Positions 1-19,556 are shown, counted from the whole stretch's first letter. The stretch: DNA of 58,862 nucleotides, filler included, from Sphacelaria rigidula (GCA_964200075.2; 6 parts of 6 records of this genome joined end to end with filler, not necessarily neighbours in it), one strand, 5' to 3'. Made by a program: numbers and translations. The notes: generated by a model from the letters alone, not told the origin.

Positions 1-350
1 ATTGTAGGGATGCGAGGTCGATGGTCTTATGACTATGGCATGCATAATCATGAGTACCCCCTCCCCGATGATGATGATGATGACAAGTGGACGGGCAGCG
101 GTAGTGCTGATTCTCTGCGGGATGGATCTTGAATTCCACTGTAGGCACCGTGGAACATAATGGGTCGATTTTTTGAGACCCCGGAACACGCTTGAGTAAG
201 AGGGAAGGGGGGTGTTGGAGGGTTAGCATATGACCTAAAAACAAAAAAGTGAAATGATGACAAACAGTGCTAGCAGTCGTCCATGCGATCTCGTCGAACA
301 CGTGAAGTTGACGCGTGTAGCTACCCGACCCGTACGTATTATTCTGGCAG

Positions 351-6641
<6,291 letters not shown>

Positions 6642-7929
6642 TAGGCGGGTGATCAGCGTGGTGGGCGCAGTCGTGTATTGCTAACGGTTTTACTCCGTGG
6701 TTACTTTTCCCAAAAGGATATGCGATTGGTGAGAACATAGGTGGTAGAATACTGGTTGATTTCGAAGGAACAAGCCGCTTTTTAGATACTACTTCAGGTA
6801 TGTGTCGGCCGACCGCTACGCGGTGGGTGGCCGACGGTTATGTCATATTTCGTTTTTTTTCATGTGCTGTGTTATGTTATGGTTTTTGTCGCTCCTTCTC
6901 ACGCACATGAGCGGCAAATGTAGTGAACTTATATATATTGTTATTTTTTCTTCTCATAAAGTCATCATTGTGTATCTCTCTACTTTTACACTTTCCCCAG
7001 CTCCAAAGGGCGCATCCATGCGGCGATTGATCGGTTGGTGTTGGGTACGGATAGAAAAGCTGCCCGCTGGTTTGTAGAGACAGGCCGTCAGGAGTCGTAC
7101 AGTACTACCGTGTTCGCGTGTGCAAAATTGTGATTTCACGCGGACTGTTGCCACGTGAACAGTCTTCAGTTGCAAGTGGTACATCCTAGAAAACATCCGC
7201 CAAGTTCACCTTGAGCGGCCTCTGGTGCCCCCCGGCCCGCCTTCATGTTTTGTGCCGTGCTGTGCTCGTGTTGTACATGTAGCTGGCTAAGCATGTTCAG
7301 GGGTATTTGCATGTATATTTTTGGGTGTCGAATTTTGCTGGTAGGGTGTCGGGTTCGCACATTAAGAAAATATTTCGGCTGAAATACTGTGCATCTATGT
7401 GTTCATACACTGACATTTGACGGCTGACGTGGGTCTACACGGCAGCCGGCTGGAGTCTTTTATCCGTCAAAGCTTTGACCGTATATAGATGGCTGTGGCT
7501 GTGCCCCCTCCTCAGCAGCTCCAGTATAATCCCCGCCGCCGCTATTACACGTATTATTGTGCGACGATGAAGAAAGAGCAGGTATAGGCTACGGTGGTGA
7601 GTTTGTATGTTTATGTACGTACGTTGCGTTAAGGTATATATATCGTTACTCTTATCATTTGTTCCTCTGCGGAATTCATTTGTGTATTATGTCTACTGAA
7701 GGCCGTACACCTGATGGGTGATGCCCAAATCCTTCGGAATAATCAACGGTGAGGCGGGGGTTTATGGTATCGCACCTTCACTCAGGTATTGTCTGTGCCT
7801 TGATCAGCGCAATCTCCAGCATGGTGTAGATGCTTTCGCAAATCGACTCTCGTCACACTGCAGCAGCTGCTATACTCTGCGTACGATGGCTTGATCGAGC
7901 TGGCTTCTGACTATCCTCTGATTGATGTA

Positions 7930-8040
7930 TTTATTGTCGCACTTTAACTGACCCCCCGGGGTCCAGCCGTGAACGCATGATAGACGTACCCAAGAAAAGC
8001 AAAACTGAAATACTCGCTGAAGAAAAGAAGACGCAACAAA
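7930..8040. repeat. Dispersed repeat fragment
   Basis: Reverse-complement match to ~56725-56815 (CAGCGAGTATTTCAGT...CACGGCTGGACCCC). Confidence 0.75.
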
Positions 8041-8240
8041 TCTACCTCCAGATAATAACAAGATCTTAGTAGGAAGGATGTACCTAACGGCACAAGCGAA
8101 AATATGGAAAGGAGTGAAGACGGGATTTCACGGATTGGGGATAGATTTCAAGGGTCGGACGAATTAATGACTCGTCTGAAAATTACCTAATTTTGGTGTA
8201 ATTGATTCGTACCGTACGAATCAATCCTTAGGCTTTGTTT

Positions 8241-8965
8241 TCAGTGTTGAAACCCAGGTACGCGCAGCCCAAGCACGTGGAATGGCGCAATAATTGGGTG
8301 GAGATCTTTTTGAGCAGCGGTCAACCTTTTCTCCTCCTTCGAGCAATCAGGCCTGAAAAATCGTGGATTTAGTGATACGAACCGGCGATGATTCGTCCGA
8401 ACGGTGACGGATTTTTTTATCGGGAATGAGAAACCCGGAGAAATAAAATCTTCGTATCCACACCGAATCTTCGAAACATGGTTCCGTTTCTTCACTTGCT
8501 GGTAGCTAGCTATTGACAACTACTACACGCCATAGGAATTTGGATTTCGATAACCGAAATGTCGGGGTCCCACGTGAAAATTCAATTTTGGGATCTGATC
8601 GGATCACCAATATTCCCCCAAATCGGTTTTTGACACAGGACCCCAACATTTCTGTTATCGAAATCCAGATTTGTATGCCGTGTAGTAGTTGTCAATAGCT
8701 ACCAGCAAGTGGAGGGATGGAATGATATTTTGAAGATTTTGTGTGGATACGAAGATTTTAATAATCGATCTGGGTTCTCATCCCCTTTAAAAAATCCATC
8801 CCCATTTATTTTGTAAACTCCCGTGTTAGTCGTGGTTGCGATGGCTGTTGGTGCTTATTCCGCGTGCTGTCATCTCGATCGTGTGCGAACAAACCTCTTC
8901 CAGCAGTTTTGAAGACACGTCTGATCCAAGTCCCCTTGTTAGTCTTGACACGCAAGACTTACCCG
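8241..8965 (-). pseudogene. Decayed coding relic of unknown family, split by a MITE
   Basis: Minus-strand peptides on either side of the MITE (WIRRVFKTAGRGLFA / TVRTNHRRFVSLNPRFFRPDCSKEEK) match the uninterrupted peptide at 39311-39560. Confidence 0.5.
8404..8825. mobile_element. Palindromic foldback/MITE element, copy 2
   Basis: Colinear with 3291-3727 (AAAATCTTCGTATCCACAC, TTTGGATTTCGATAACCGAA and their inverses). Left tip appears eroded. Confidence 0.8.
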
Positions 8966-8970
8966 TGGAA

Positions 8971-9005
<35 letters not shown>
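8971..9005. repeat. (TGT)n microsatellite
   Basis: Pure trinucleotide run. Confidence 0.95.
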
Positions 9006-9006
<1 letters not shown>

Positions 9007-9728
9007 CTTTACATTAAAAACTGTTCCGATATCTGCGCAGTACTCTGTACTGGACGTCTGATTTGATGCGAACGCCTTCCGTGGTCACAGGCCAACTACC
9101 CCAAGCTAGGGTAAAATAAAAATAATGAAATGAAGCCAGACCCGGAAATAATACACGCAGACGCGATATAAAAGAAAAAAACAGACGAATAAAAAATATT
9201 AGTAGTAAAAAAAAGGGAAAAAAAACAGGAAGGGAAAAGGATTACTGTACTGCTAACCCTCTAAGTTCCGATGTCATACGTGACCATTCGTGCTGCTGGA
9301 GTCAGGGCCCATTGGTCCACTCAACATGCGAGACCAAACAGGAAGAGAGCCAAACTCGAGAGCCACGATCACCAGCCAAAGCGATAAGAGTCGCAGAATT
9401 CTAGCCTTGTGCCTCTGGAGGGACAGCTATGCGCACGAATATACTACTACTACAGGAAAAACAGGAAAAGCACCACAGACAGGAACAGAACACGGGATTT
9501 TACAAATAATTGGGGATGGATAAGGATGAACCTTCGGAGGCTTCATACGCATCAAAATATTTTCGACGAAGAAATACAAGTTATGCACTCTCCGGCCATG
9601 ATGTGCGGCCTAGTTCATCTCTAGAAAGAAAAATAACACCCGCAATTTGAAATATCCCGTGTTTAACAGTGTTTTCGTGAGATTGAGAGTAGATGATACG
9701 ATTGAGAGTGGCTTTGATCATTCGCTTC

Positions 9729-9828
9729 NNNNNNNNNNNNNNNNNNNNNNNNNNNNNNNNNNNNNNNNNNNNTTAATTAATTAANNNNNNNNNNNNNNNN
9801 NNNNNNNNNNNNNNNNNNNNNNNNNNNN
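9729..9828. other. Artificial contig linker N44-TTAATTAATTAA-N44
   Basis: Six-frame stop cassette flanked by Ns, identical at five sites. Confidence 0.99.
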
Positions 9829-10056
9829 CTCCTCTTCCTTCCTGTGCCATGAGGTCATGAACCTCTCCGTTCCCTGCAGCACTTCCGCGTGCCACGGCAA
9901 CCCCCCCTCCTTCTTTGCTGCTGATGTCCAAAGGGCGCGGTCAGATCCGAATGTCTGGCGGTTGTCGTCCGTAGAGCCGTCTGTGGCTCCGAAGGCGTGG
10001 AGATCGTATCTCAGGCACTTCAGCCAGTTTTGTTCCGGGCACCCACAGTAGCGCAT
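9829..10056 (-). mobile_element. Non-LTR retrotransposon (LINE, RTE-like) ORF C-terminal remnant
   Basis: Peptide EQNWLKCLRYDLHAFG...LWTSAAKKEGGLPWHAEVLQGTERFMTSWHRKEEE has the W..C...DL / W...A / W...V..G pattern of the post-RT tail of RTE-type LINEs (judged by eye). Confidence 0.6.
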
Positions 10057-12754
10057 GTTTACCCTGGGTGAGTTATCGGGCGTAGCTCATGTGTACATGG
10101 TTATTTAGCAGTGAGCTATAGCCCACAGATGAGGTACCTCACGAGCTGTCCGACGCTTTCAACAACGGAAGTAGCGAGAAGGCTACACGTGACGAATATG
10201 GTAGGGATACGAACCCAAGCCCTTTCCGACCTTGTGGGGTACCAGCTGTAAAACTCGACCAGTGGGTCGCGGTGGCTCTGAGAACAGCAACAGTGCTTCC
10301 CACTTGGTCCCCCACCGCAGTACTAGCTTGGTCCGATGCCGCAAGGACTCGTCCCCCGGCCTGTTTTCTGGACCTTTCTCATTGACTGGATGTTCCGTTA
10401 CCTCGGGTCATTGTCCAATTCCAACGCCGCAGTATCGTCATACTCCGTGGAGCAGGCATACCTGTGATTCGCGCATCCTGTCGCCACTTGTCTGCACCTG
10501 AGCCTTTGTCTACACAAACACTTTCATAGGACGAGAAACAAGCGCATAGCCTCGTCCCAGTGGATCTCCGCCGCGACCTCAAGGGGGGCTACCAACTCCA
10601 GGCCTGGACCCACCCCCTCAATTTTGGGAAAACCTCACTCTGGGGGAGGCCTGGGTGGTAGGAGCACCCTTTCCTAGGGGAGATACTCCTCTGATGTCAT
10701 GGATAATGACGGTAGTAAATACTGTGTACAGCGCGGGGTCCCACGAGGGTGAGGTCACACGAGGTTGGCAACTATTATGGGTTTGAACTGTACTGCCTGT
10801 ACAGTAATACAATACGGCACAATGCAAAAGGTAGTTCGAGTAGTAGAAGAGTGCCTGCTGTGCCTTCGGACGAGCATGTATTTTTGGTATGTACGGGAGT
10901 ATATGCTTTTTCTCCTTGACGGAAAGAGGAAACCCGTTCGTACAGCCAGGTCATTTAGCAGACACATTGAGCTTTGTTGCACCATGCGGTGTGTTTCTTG
11001 ATTTACCGCTCGACGAGGAAGTCATACTCCAGCGGCCGAAAACCCCTAGCCGCCGGTCCAAGAGGGGACGGAAATACCAAAATCTCGTCGGCTTTGAGCT
11101 GCCTACGCACAGGCGATCTCTGGGTGTTTGAGGCACCGTACAAACATATACCCTGGCGGAGAAACATGCAGAGTAGAATTTCTGTTTTCTGCCACCCGTT
11201 TTCGGTTGTTCCTCGCTCTCGGGAGATACCGATGGCGGGAGGGGGGGGGAGTCACAGCTTGCAGTCGGTGGGGCTCCTTGGCGACCCGCGAGGTCATCAC
11301 CTTGACGCGGCGAGGTGGTAGCCAAGAGAGGCAGAGAAAAAGTGGGTAGAATATGTTGAGAAAACGATGAAAGCGGGAGCGAGGGGAGAAATCTGCAAGG
11401 CGTTTTGGATACTCGCGAATAGCGAGGCACATTGAATTGGCCTAAATTGACCAACGGGAACTGATGAGAAAGAGTCAGCGTTGTCTCTCCCAAAATTGTT
11501 TTTCAGCAGAGGATCTCAACACCATTTGGCTAGCATCTAATTGAAGCCACCACAGGAACGAGATTGGAAAGTAACCTGCACGTGTTGTCCACTGTAATGA
11601 CTTCTTGCCGTACTGGGATAACTGGTCCACCTATTATAGTAGTCCCTGTCAGGGCTTAGGTATCTTGGGCTATTTTGGCGCACAGGCATCAATCACATAG
11701 CTAATGTCTGCAGCCGATGGGTGCAGAATTCATCGGTTCATTTACAGAAGTGGCACGCTGTCACGAAGTTCCTTGATAAATGACGCCATTTTCTTCCTGG
11801 AAATAGGATCTATAATACGACCCGAGAAAATGGGCGGAATGTTCTCTGGTGGTGCCCCTATACATGTTTTACTTTGTGCAGGGGTTCCAGGCTATGTCTC
11901 ATCAAGTCAACAAACACAAGCACGAAGAGGGAGAAGCGTCCAATGCTGCGCGTGGATTGACCGTCGGGCTGGTATATGGTTGAGGCGACTAATCAACATA
12001 CTGCTTTTGGACGCTTGTTCCTCCTCGTGCGTACTTTTTCGCTTCGACGACACACGGCCTCGGCTTCATTGCTTCCGTAGTTTTATTCCCGTCTGTTTTC
12101 TCTCTCTCTCTCTCTCTCTCTCTCCCTCTCTCTCTTGTGGATAATGATCACTCAATGTGTGACGGACAACCAAATCAAATCAATCGATACTGCACACCAG
12201 AGCCTGATGATTACGAACCCGATGCACCCGCAAGTAGCACGCTCCATGTAGTTCCGTTTGCTGTAGGTTTTGTGCTTTCAGGCATGACGCCTGTTCACTT
12301 AGCTACATCGCGCACTACTCTTTGCAGTCGACAACCCCGACCCTGTAGCTTCTGTGTTTGCGTGCATTATCTGCCTTGGCCACGAACAACCCGTGCCGTC
12401 CGCGGTCCGCCACCTCCGACTCGCCTACTTGTGATTTTTCCCCCCGTAACAAAACCGCTGTTTTTCGTTTATTCCCGGCAGCCCGTGTAGGATCGATTCA
12501 CGGTATCCTCGCGTCCGAGGGGCTGGCAGCGGGTCACGACTGCACTGCAACGTAGCCTCGTTCCCGTGCCTCACATATGTGACCCACCAGGTTGATTGTC
12601 CCCCATGCTCGTGGCTGGTGGCGTCATTTTGAATGTCGTAATTATCGGTAAAAAAGAACGATGACTTCCGTCCTTGCTGAGTTGCATCCCCGCTGTTCCT
12701 TGTGTTGTTTTACCGCTCCGCTCCCGCCCCGCCCTTGGTTGGCCCAGAGAAACG

Positions 12755-15700
12755 ATGGCTCTTTCCAAGCTTAGCATGGCCGGACGCAGGGCATTCCATT
12801 CTGCTGCCCCCCGAACAGCGCGGATCCTTTGCCTGGATAACATCGACCCGGTGAGGCAGTATCATAGTACAGCAGTATCAACGGCATTATCCGCAATGAT
12901 GATGGCATCAATGAAAGTTCCGATTGTAATGAGTGATGGCTTCTTCTTCTTTCTCTTTTTTTTATTATTATCATTATACCCGTCACATGACTATTCTAGT
13001 AATACTTGTTGATAATAATGATGATTATGATGATCGTGATGATCGTGATGGCAGGTATGCGTGGACATATTCCAAGAGCGGGGACACCAAGCGGACGTGA
13101 AGAGCAAACTCACGGTGGAACAGCTGCATGGAATTGTCGGGAATTACGATGGCATGGTCATCCGCTCCGCTACCAAGGCAAGGGCATACGAGAGACCATG
13201 CCTACTGAGATCTTTCGGGGCTATCTAAGCCAGCGTTGGCTTACATTCAAGATGCGATCGTCTGTGGCGGCGAACCTCGTGTCATTGCGTGGTTTGAGTT
13301 GACCAGTGACGTCTCCTGATACGCTAGTTACTCGCATTTTTTTGTATCATGGGCACATGTCTCCCGTGTTGTGTTGGTCTCCTCTAGCGATATATGTCGG
13401 CATGTTGTAATCCAACAACGAGATACTTTATTTTTTGGTATCGCCACCTCCAGAAACATGTACAGTAAACGGTGTAACGCGTTGTCAGGGGCAACGAAAG
13501 TTCTTCCCCAGATCTTCTACGTTCCCAGTCACTTCCAGCGGCCGCATGATGCAGAGTAAACTTCTCGTCCCTTCGACTGCACAAGTTGTCATCTTCCAAC
13601 GACTTCATGTATGCCAATGCTAGGACCGATGATCTGATTCCATCTGCACGAACTCTCCTGCAGTAGGGAGATGTTAATCCGATGATGGAGAGGAGGGCGG
13701 ACTTGAAGAGAAAGAGGGGGGGCGTGGGGGGGCGGGGGAGTCTGACTTCACGAAGCAAGGAGTTGGTAGTTATATTCCACAACCTCACGCGATTGTGGGG
13801 GGCTTGCGTGCGGGTGAAAACGTTGCCAAGCGATGTGAAAGCGAATGCATCCGTGATCTTGATGCCTACAGAAATGAAATGATTTTTTTACTAGGAACGG
13901 CCCCTTGTAGTGGCTTCGTGCGAGAAGCGGCTCAGCCCCCCCGGTCCCCGTCCCGGTCCCCTTTCCCCCTGCGGGCGCACCCCCCATGTATTTGGATCCA
14001 GGCTACCCCGGAGTTATTGTCGAAAGCGACGAATCTGAAGGTAATCGGTCGAGCCGGCGTGGGCATCGACAACATCGATGTTGCGGAGGCGACTCGCAAG
14101 GGCGTTCTGGTCATGAACACGCCGGGGGGCAACACTGTGTCCACAGCGCAGCTTGCCATCTCGCTTCTGTGCGCGGCGGCCAGGTACATACATTTTTCCG
14201 AAGCGTGTGATCACCACTTCGATATTCGCAGTAGTAGGATTATTTTACGAGGGAGCTTTCGTCAACTATTGGCTTCATTGGACTCCCAGATGTTGGCTTC
14301 ACGGTTGCTCATGGGGGAGCATTCATTGTCAACAAATACTCGGTGGGATGTATGTATCCACAGTACAGTAGGTAAACCCATACGAGAGTGTAGTTCTTAT
14401 CGTTCACCGGCTTTAACAGTCATGAGGCTCTAGTATAGGAGCAATAGTCGAACGCGGTATAGTGACCGATGTAGAAAATGGCTTGATTATGCCTTGATGG
14501 ACACACATCCGCATGGTGTGATGTTCCTTTTCTAGCATTTTCTCTTGAAAATGTTTTTTTCCAATGTACAGCATGTACGCGAATATTTGTTACACCCCCC
14601 CCCTTCCCGTGATTTTGTTCAATTTGTGAACCTTTGATGAAATATCTTGGTGATTTCAGGCGGATTCCGGAAGCTAACATCTCCATGAAGGAGGGCAAGT
14701 GGGAGAGGAAGAAGTTTATGGGCCTAGAGCTAAAGGGCAAGACCCTCGCGATCGTTGGCTGCGGTCGGATTGGGCAGATGGTGGCGCAGTGGGCTCAAGG
14801 CTTCGAGTGAGGGCTTTTTCTTTTCTTTTCCTAGTTGTGTTGGTGTGTGTGCTTTTTTTTCTCCGTTTTCCCTCTCTTCTTCTCTTCTTTCCATAATATG
14901 TCCCCTGTCTTGTCTCTTCCGATTGTTCCTTGTCAATGTAGACGAGGAAGACTCAAGGAGGACGCTAGGGGGTGCAAATGCTGGGTGTGTTCGAGTAGTT
15001 TTGGCGGCTGTCCCCGGATGATATCCACTGTTCCAAGAAATATCCGTCTGTACAAAATCTGTCGCTTGAGAACGGGATCGCGGCAACTCTCATACTGTTT
15101 TGCCGTTCTCGAGAAATATGGCGATATTCGTGATCGCAGTAGGCAGGGTGGCGCTGAAGGAGTTAACGGCGGTAAGGCTGCCATTGTTCTGTTTCATTGC
15201 ATTCCGAATTCCCCCCCGCCCAAAAACAAAACAAAACAAAAAAAAATGGTTCGTGGGCTGAGACAGAATACAACGTGTGTATGTGTGCATGTGCAACATT
15301 GTGTCGAAACAGTATGGACGTCATCGGGTTCGACCCCGCCCTCCCCAAAGACGCGGCAGCCGAGCTGGGCATCCAGCTCATGGACCTCACCGACGTTTGG
15401 GCAAAGGCTGACTTCGTGACCCTGCACACACCCCTCACCCCCGACACGCAGGATCTCGTCAACGATGACTCCATTGCTCAGGTACCTCTCAATTTTATCT
15501 CAAAATCGCCATGCTTGTAACGGCCGCTTCCTCGCGTCGATTGTGTGGTTTCGAGAGATATCCTCATCCCCCCTCCCATGGGTACCTGCCTAAAAATGTC
15601 GTCATAGGTCATAGGATGATGACTCCTCCGCACTCTTGCAGCCCTCCGACTTCACCTGCATTTTTGCTGTCAACTCATGTCCTCACTCTTTTCGCGACGG

Positions 15701-18354
15701 AAGCCGGTAAAATCAACCACTGCTCTCGGGTTGCAAACCGCAGTGCTACTACCCCGCCGCCCAAACTGCCCAATGTCGTGTTGTTCCATCAGTGTCGGGT
15801 CAGCGGCTGCAAGTTTCTTGTTTGTTGATTCTGTTCATTTATGGGTTGCACGATTGATCGAGTGAGTGAGCGATTGAATAATCGCTTCCTCGCGACTGAA
15901 GTCTTGATTTACACGGTGGGGTTTTGTCTGATCTGACGAATCGATTGATTGACTGGTTATCTCACGTCAACATGTCTGCTCCTTGACTCCCGGCTGTCCT
16001 GCCTGCCCCTTGTCCCCCTAGTCTCGGACCGACCGGTATAATGTGCCGGTTGCCTGCGGTTATGTGGGCGGTGACTCGCGTTGGAGGTTAGTCTCGACTG
16101 GCACAGCGGGTGCCTCTACGTTTTGTTGCACTATTTCGCGTCAAACCTTTTGGCGGTCAACGTTTTCTGCCCGATGATGGTCCCCGGTACTTGCCTTGTT
16201 TTTGAGACAGATGAAGGACGGGGTAATGATCGTGAACTGCGCTCGCGGGGGGATCGTGAACGAGGATGCCTTGCTCAGGGCACTCAACTCCGGAAAGGTA
16301 AACGTCACCAGCTAAAATTGACCCATGAATCAGCGTGGGGCTGTTGGACGAAGGTGTCGTGGCCTGTCAATATTTCGCATCCTCCCCTCGGCAATATATG
16401 GTCGATAGTTGCAATAGACGAGAAAAAATATGCTGCGCCATGTATAGGCCTGTTGCACCGACAGACACTGGAAATCTTCCGCTAGGTTGTCGGGAACGCT
16501 GTGCTTGAACGTGGTTACCACGGAGTTCTAAACTGATCAAGACATGAGACATGGTTTGTTTTACATGAGAACGCCGAATAGTTGATGTGGGAAAAAATGA
16601 TCAGTCGAGCATCTGAAAGGTTTTACGTGGCATTTCTTCCAAACCGCCTCAAGTGCAACGCAAAACTTCCAAATCGCGTGACGACAATTCCGTGCAGGTG
16701 GCCTCCGCTGCCTTGGACGTGTACAGCGCCGAACCCCCGCCTGAGTCGAGCAACGAGCTGCTACAGCACCCCAGGCTGGTATGCACGCCCCACTTGGGAG
16801 CTTCTACCGAAGAGGCACAGGTGAAAAAAATTCGCGCATCAAAAATGATGTAGAAGAGCGACGTCGTCATTTTTCATTTCATCCTTCGGCGCCGGCGTTC
16901 CCTTCCGAAGGAAAACAGGGACGGGTGGTCGCTGAGGTCGATTTACCCCTTGCAAAGCGTCGACAGCTAGCTCTTCTCTGCCCGGAAGTATCGTCCTCGA
17001 CGAGGACACGAGGATACCATGTATTTCGCGACCCCCTTCCCCATGGATCCGTCCCACGTAGCTGTTTTTCACGTATTTACAGTAGTCCCATGTAGGGTCG
17101 ATCTGAGGCATCCGGAACTTGGAAAGGACTTTACTGCTTTCCTGGATGCATCATGTGACGATATCATTTCATGTGGGAACCGAGTTATAGGGGGAGGGGA
17201 GGGGTTCTACTTCGGATAGAACAGGGCGAACACGACTCATGAATTTTTCTTCATGTTCTTACAACAGGTGCATATCACAGCGCAATGGCATTCTGGTGCT
17301 GGCTCATGATGTTGACGGGTTGAAGCACCTACTTTGAGTTCGCTCATAACGACGAGTTGGAGGCTCACATCACTGGTTCGTACTATACCCCAACCCCCTC
17401 CGTCTAGGACACTCGTGAGCCAGTTTGAAAACCGTGACTGTCTCTGGAAGTGGTGACATCAGAAAATGAAGGAACTCACTGTAGCCTGTCATCCATGAGC
17501 AAGGCGATTAGTACACTTCTGGCTGAGCAATCTTAGCAAGATACAACTCACCCTTCATGCGATTCACCGAACACATCGTGATGCTTCGCGCATGGTGATT
17601 GCGAGCCTGGTCCGGCGAAAACCCGGTGTGTTTCTTCCTGGCTTTGTAGGGATGAGGTCAATGGTCTTCCGACCACGGTATGCAAAATCATGAGTACAAA
17701 CTCCTCCCCCCTCCTCTCCCTCCCTATTGACCAACGCTGGGTGGTACATTTTCGGACACGAAAAAAATAGCACCCAGGGGTCGTGTACATTGCGACTTTG
17801 GCAGTGGAGTTGTTGGTAGAACTACAAGCTTGACTGCTGTAGCCCACGTAATCTAGTGAAGCACGGGAACATGGTCAATTCTGCTCTGTTGAGTATTTCG
17901 TGCATGCTTGCTGGTGGTTAATTCCAAGCGATCAGCCATCGTTTCGAACTCGGACGAGAAAATAAGGCACGATTGACGCACGTATTGTGGTTTGTTGTTT
18001 CTCAAAATTAATCAGTCGAGAAAAACTGTAAGCTTCCTATTTTTCCTCTCTTTCTTACTGCAGGAGACAACTATTCTGTTGTTCAATTTTGTTCTCCCCC
18101 CCCCTGAATCTCTCCAAGCACCCAAATGTTGGAGGTATCTCAATCAGAAGTAGCGACGGTGCTCCGTCTCGGAGGGATGCGTGGTCAATGTTCAAACGAC
18201 TAAGGCAAGCAACAAATGATCACCCTCCCCCTCCCCCTGAATCTCTCTCAAGGTGAACGTGGCGCGAGATGTGGCGTTGCAAATGTGCGATACTTTGGAA
18301 GGCAAGGCCTACACGGGTGTCGTCAACGTGTCGTACATGGCTGTGGCTAACGAG
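12755..18354 (+). CDS. PHGDH: D-3-phosphoglycerate dehydrogenase (SerA/PHGDH family), probable mitochondrial precursor, 3'-partial
   Basis: Exons 12755-12850, 13055-13177, 14002-14183, 14660-14806, 15313-15481, 16211-16297, 16698-16820 and 18253-18354 join in phase. Motifs: [28 protein letters not shown], Rossmann GCGRIG, LHTPLT, NCARGG (catalytic Arg), LDVY..EP (Glu), [12 protein letters not shown] (His). The C-terminal part is lost at the contig end. Confidence 0.95.
17407..17678. repeat. Dispersed ~270-bp repeat (family C), intronic
   Basis: Colinear with 36890-37148. Its 3' end (TAGGGATG..AGGTC..TGGTCTT) also occurs at 3-28. Confidence 0.8.
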
Positions 18355-19556
18355 GTGAACGAGACTTGATCAAAACGTACATCGTATCTTGAGGTCTTCG
18401 TGGCAGCAATCATGGATCCACCTACGTGTATGCCGGGGTAGTACTAGAGTTTTTGCTGAACACACAAATATGAAAGCTGGTAAGCCGTGGTACGGCACGG
18501 TAGGGTCTGGATCCGAGTCCGAGTTCAGTTACGTTAGAGAGCTTATACTCTAGGTACGTTGGGGTATCCGGTACTCTCGGCAGTTGATAACCAAGATATC
18601 CTGGAGTCCTGAATATTTTCGGCGGTCGACACCCGATATACGGTAGAGAACGCGCTTCTCCAGGCAGGCGGTGCTCGAGATAGGCTGAAGCACTCAGTAC
18701 CGTAAATATTTCAGAAAATCGAATTTTTGTCGGATACGGTACCCCACTATAAGTTATCTCCGAAGTCTTTCTACATGCCTGGTTTTGTTCACTGTAGTGA
18801 TTACCAGTTAGCCTTGAAGTGCAGCGACTCAGAGTCTGGTGATGACGTATGTTCCTACACGGCTGTTGCTCAAAAGGCAAAATCAAAACAAAATAGTACG
18901 CACGACTTTTCCATAATTTGTAGACAAAATGTAGTGTTTTCGGTGTGCGTTGAACATGATCATTTTATCCAGTAGAGATCGAAATATACTGCTTCTCCTT
19001 AGCTTTTGTTGCAACAATCTATGTAGCCGTAAAACAGCAAACGACTCGATGCTCACATATCAGATGTTGAACGTACAGTTAGGGTTCGTCAATGACCAAT
19101 CGGTTAGGGCCGTTATTAACGAACGTTATTCTTTTCCAAAGCTCTTCCGACTTGTTGGGAACAAAAAAAAAAGGTTGCTAAAAACAGTCCAACGCTAGAT
19201 TTTTCCGACAAATGAGTACCCAGTCTTGAATTGTTGCATTCCTTGACCTCGTTGAGAATCCTGCTGTCACATTCTCTTGGGGAGGATTTTTTCCCCCGAA
19301 AAAATCGGGAAAGGCTGCAAAAAAAACAGCATCGTCAAGAATGACGTCTAGTTGATACTGTAATTTAGTTAGTGTGTTATGAACGTAATTCATCATGGGC
19401 AGGTTGGGGGAAGACGAAAGAGTTATTTCATCGCTTCGTAAGTGCCCACCGTAATCTGTATATATGACCCCCCCCCCCCCCCCCCCCGCCCCTTCTCGAC
19501 CTCCCGCCACACGTACCGACATCCACACCCCACCGCCACACTGAAGCCTACATCAA

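Noticed and set aside
9270..9427. Possible terminal exon of a minus-strand gene (LSLQRHKARILRLLSLW...GHV*)
   Set aside because: There is no recognisable homology or partner exon in the contig, so support is insufficient.
9773..9784. TTAATTAATTAA recurring every ~9.83 kb as a biological periodic motif
   Set aside because: It is embedded in N runs and is an artificial six-frame stop linker.
19540..19556. Possible start of the next PHGDH exon (CTGAAG|CCTACATCAA)
   Set aside because: Only 10 nt remain before the contig end, so it cannot be verified.
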